64,000 nt of DNA from a virus. Taxonomy: Duplodnaviria > Caudoviricetes. Where the stretch lies: positions 14,362 through 78,361 of the IMG/VR virus record IMGVR_UViG_3300001335_000583; one strand, written 5' to 3'. The position numbers and the translations under genes are program-made. Shown here in pieces: positions 63,919 through 64,000 of this stretch (position 1 is its first letter; every line of letters begins with the position of its first letter). Below the pieces are notes generated by a model. That model did not search any database, had not been told where the DNA came from, and worked only from the letters and a program-made list of their open reading frames with translations.

Positions 63919-64000
63919 TGCCCCTTAGCATAATGGCCAATGCACCGGTCTCTAAAACCGTTATCCCCCTGAAGGAGGTTATGTGGGTTCGAATCCCACC
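63919..64000 (+). tRNA. Amber suppressor tRNA, anticodon CTA (3' end beyond the window)
   Basis: D-stem GCAT/ATGC; anticodon arm (C)CGGT-CT-CTA-AA-ACCG; 21-nt variable region; T-arm GTGGG-TTCGAAT-CCCAC; T1 start. Confidence 0.85.

Overview
The window is the interior of a crAss-like (Crassvirales) phage genome infecting a Bacteroidota host. No host genes are visible. (1) 1-25.6 kb is a late/virion region whose fragmented ORFs join into six long genes once TAG is read as a sense codon, most likely Gln. On the + strand these are a tail stabilisation (muzzle-like) protein, two cargo-like proteins and a 2077-aa giant protein. On the - strand they are a 1343-aa giant protein and a 2623-aa virion RNA polymerase (DFDIDK motif) carrying a SLOG-like insert. 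(2) 25.9-62.4 kb is a - strand early/replication region intact in the standard code. It holds ThyX, a GH16-like hydrolase, dNMP kinase, PolA, dUTPase, class II RNR, nucleases, UDG, primase, SSB-like protein and helicases. It also holds a four-gene ubiquitin-like conjugation cluster (Ubl fusion, E2-like, JAB, E1), a tmRNA, and a tyrosine integrase beside an attP-like site (3' half of tRNA-Arg(ACG) flanked by tandem arm-type repeats). (3) 62.4-64 kb is a divergent junction followed by tRNA-Arg(TCT) and an amber-suppressor tRNA(CTA) cut by the window end. The most interesting items are the phage ubiquitin-like system, whose E2-like gene is split at a TTT-TAA +1 shift, the integration module in a recoded crAss-like phage, the tmRNA with an altered tag, and two structurally unusual tRNAs. 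All product calls come from motif recognition by eye. No database searches were run.
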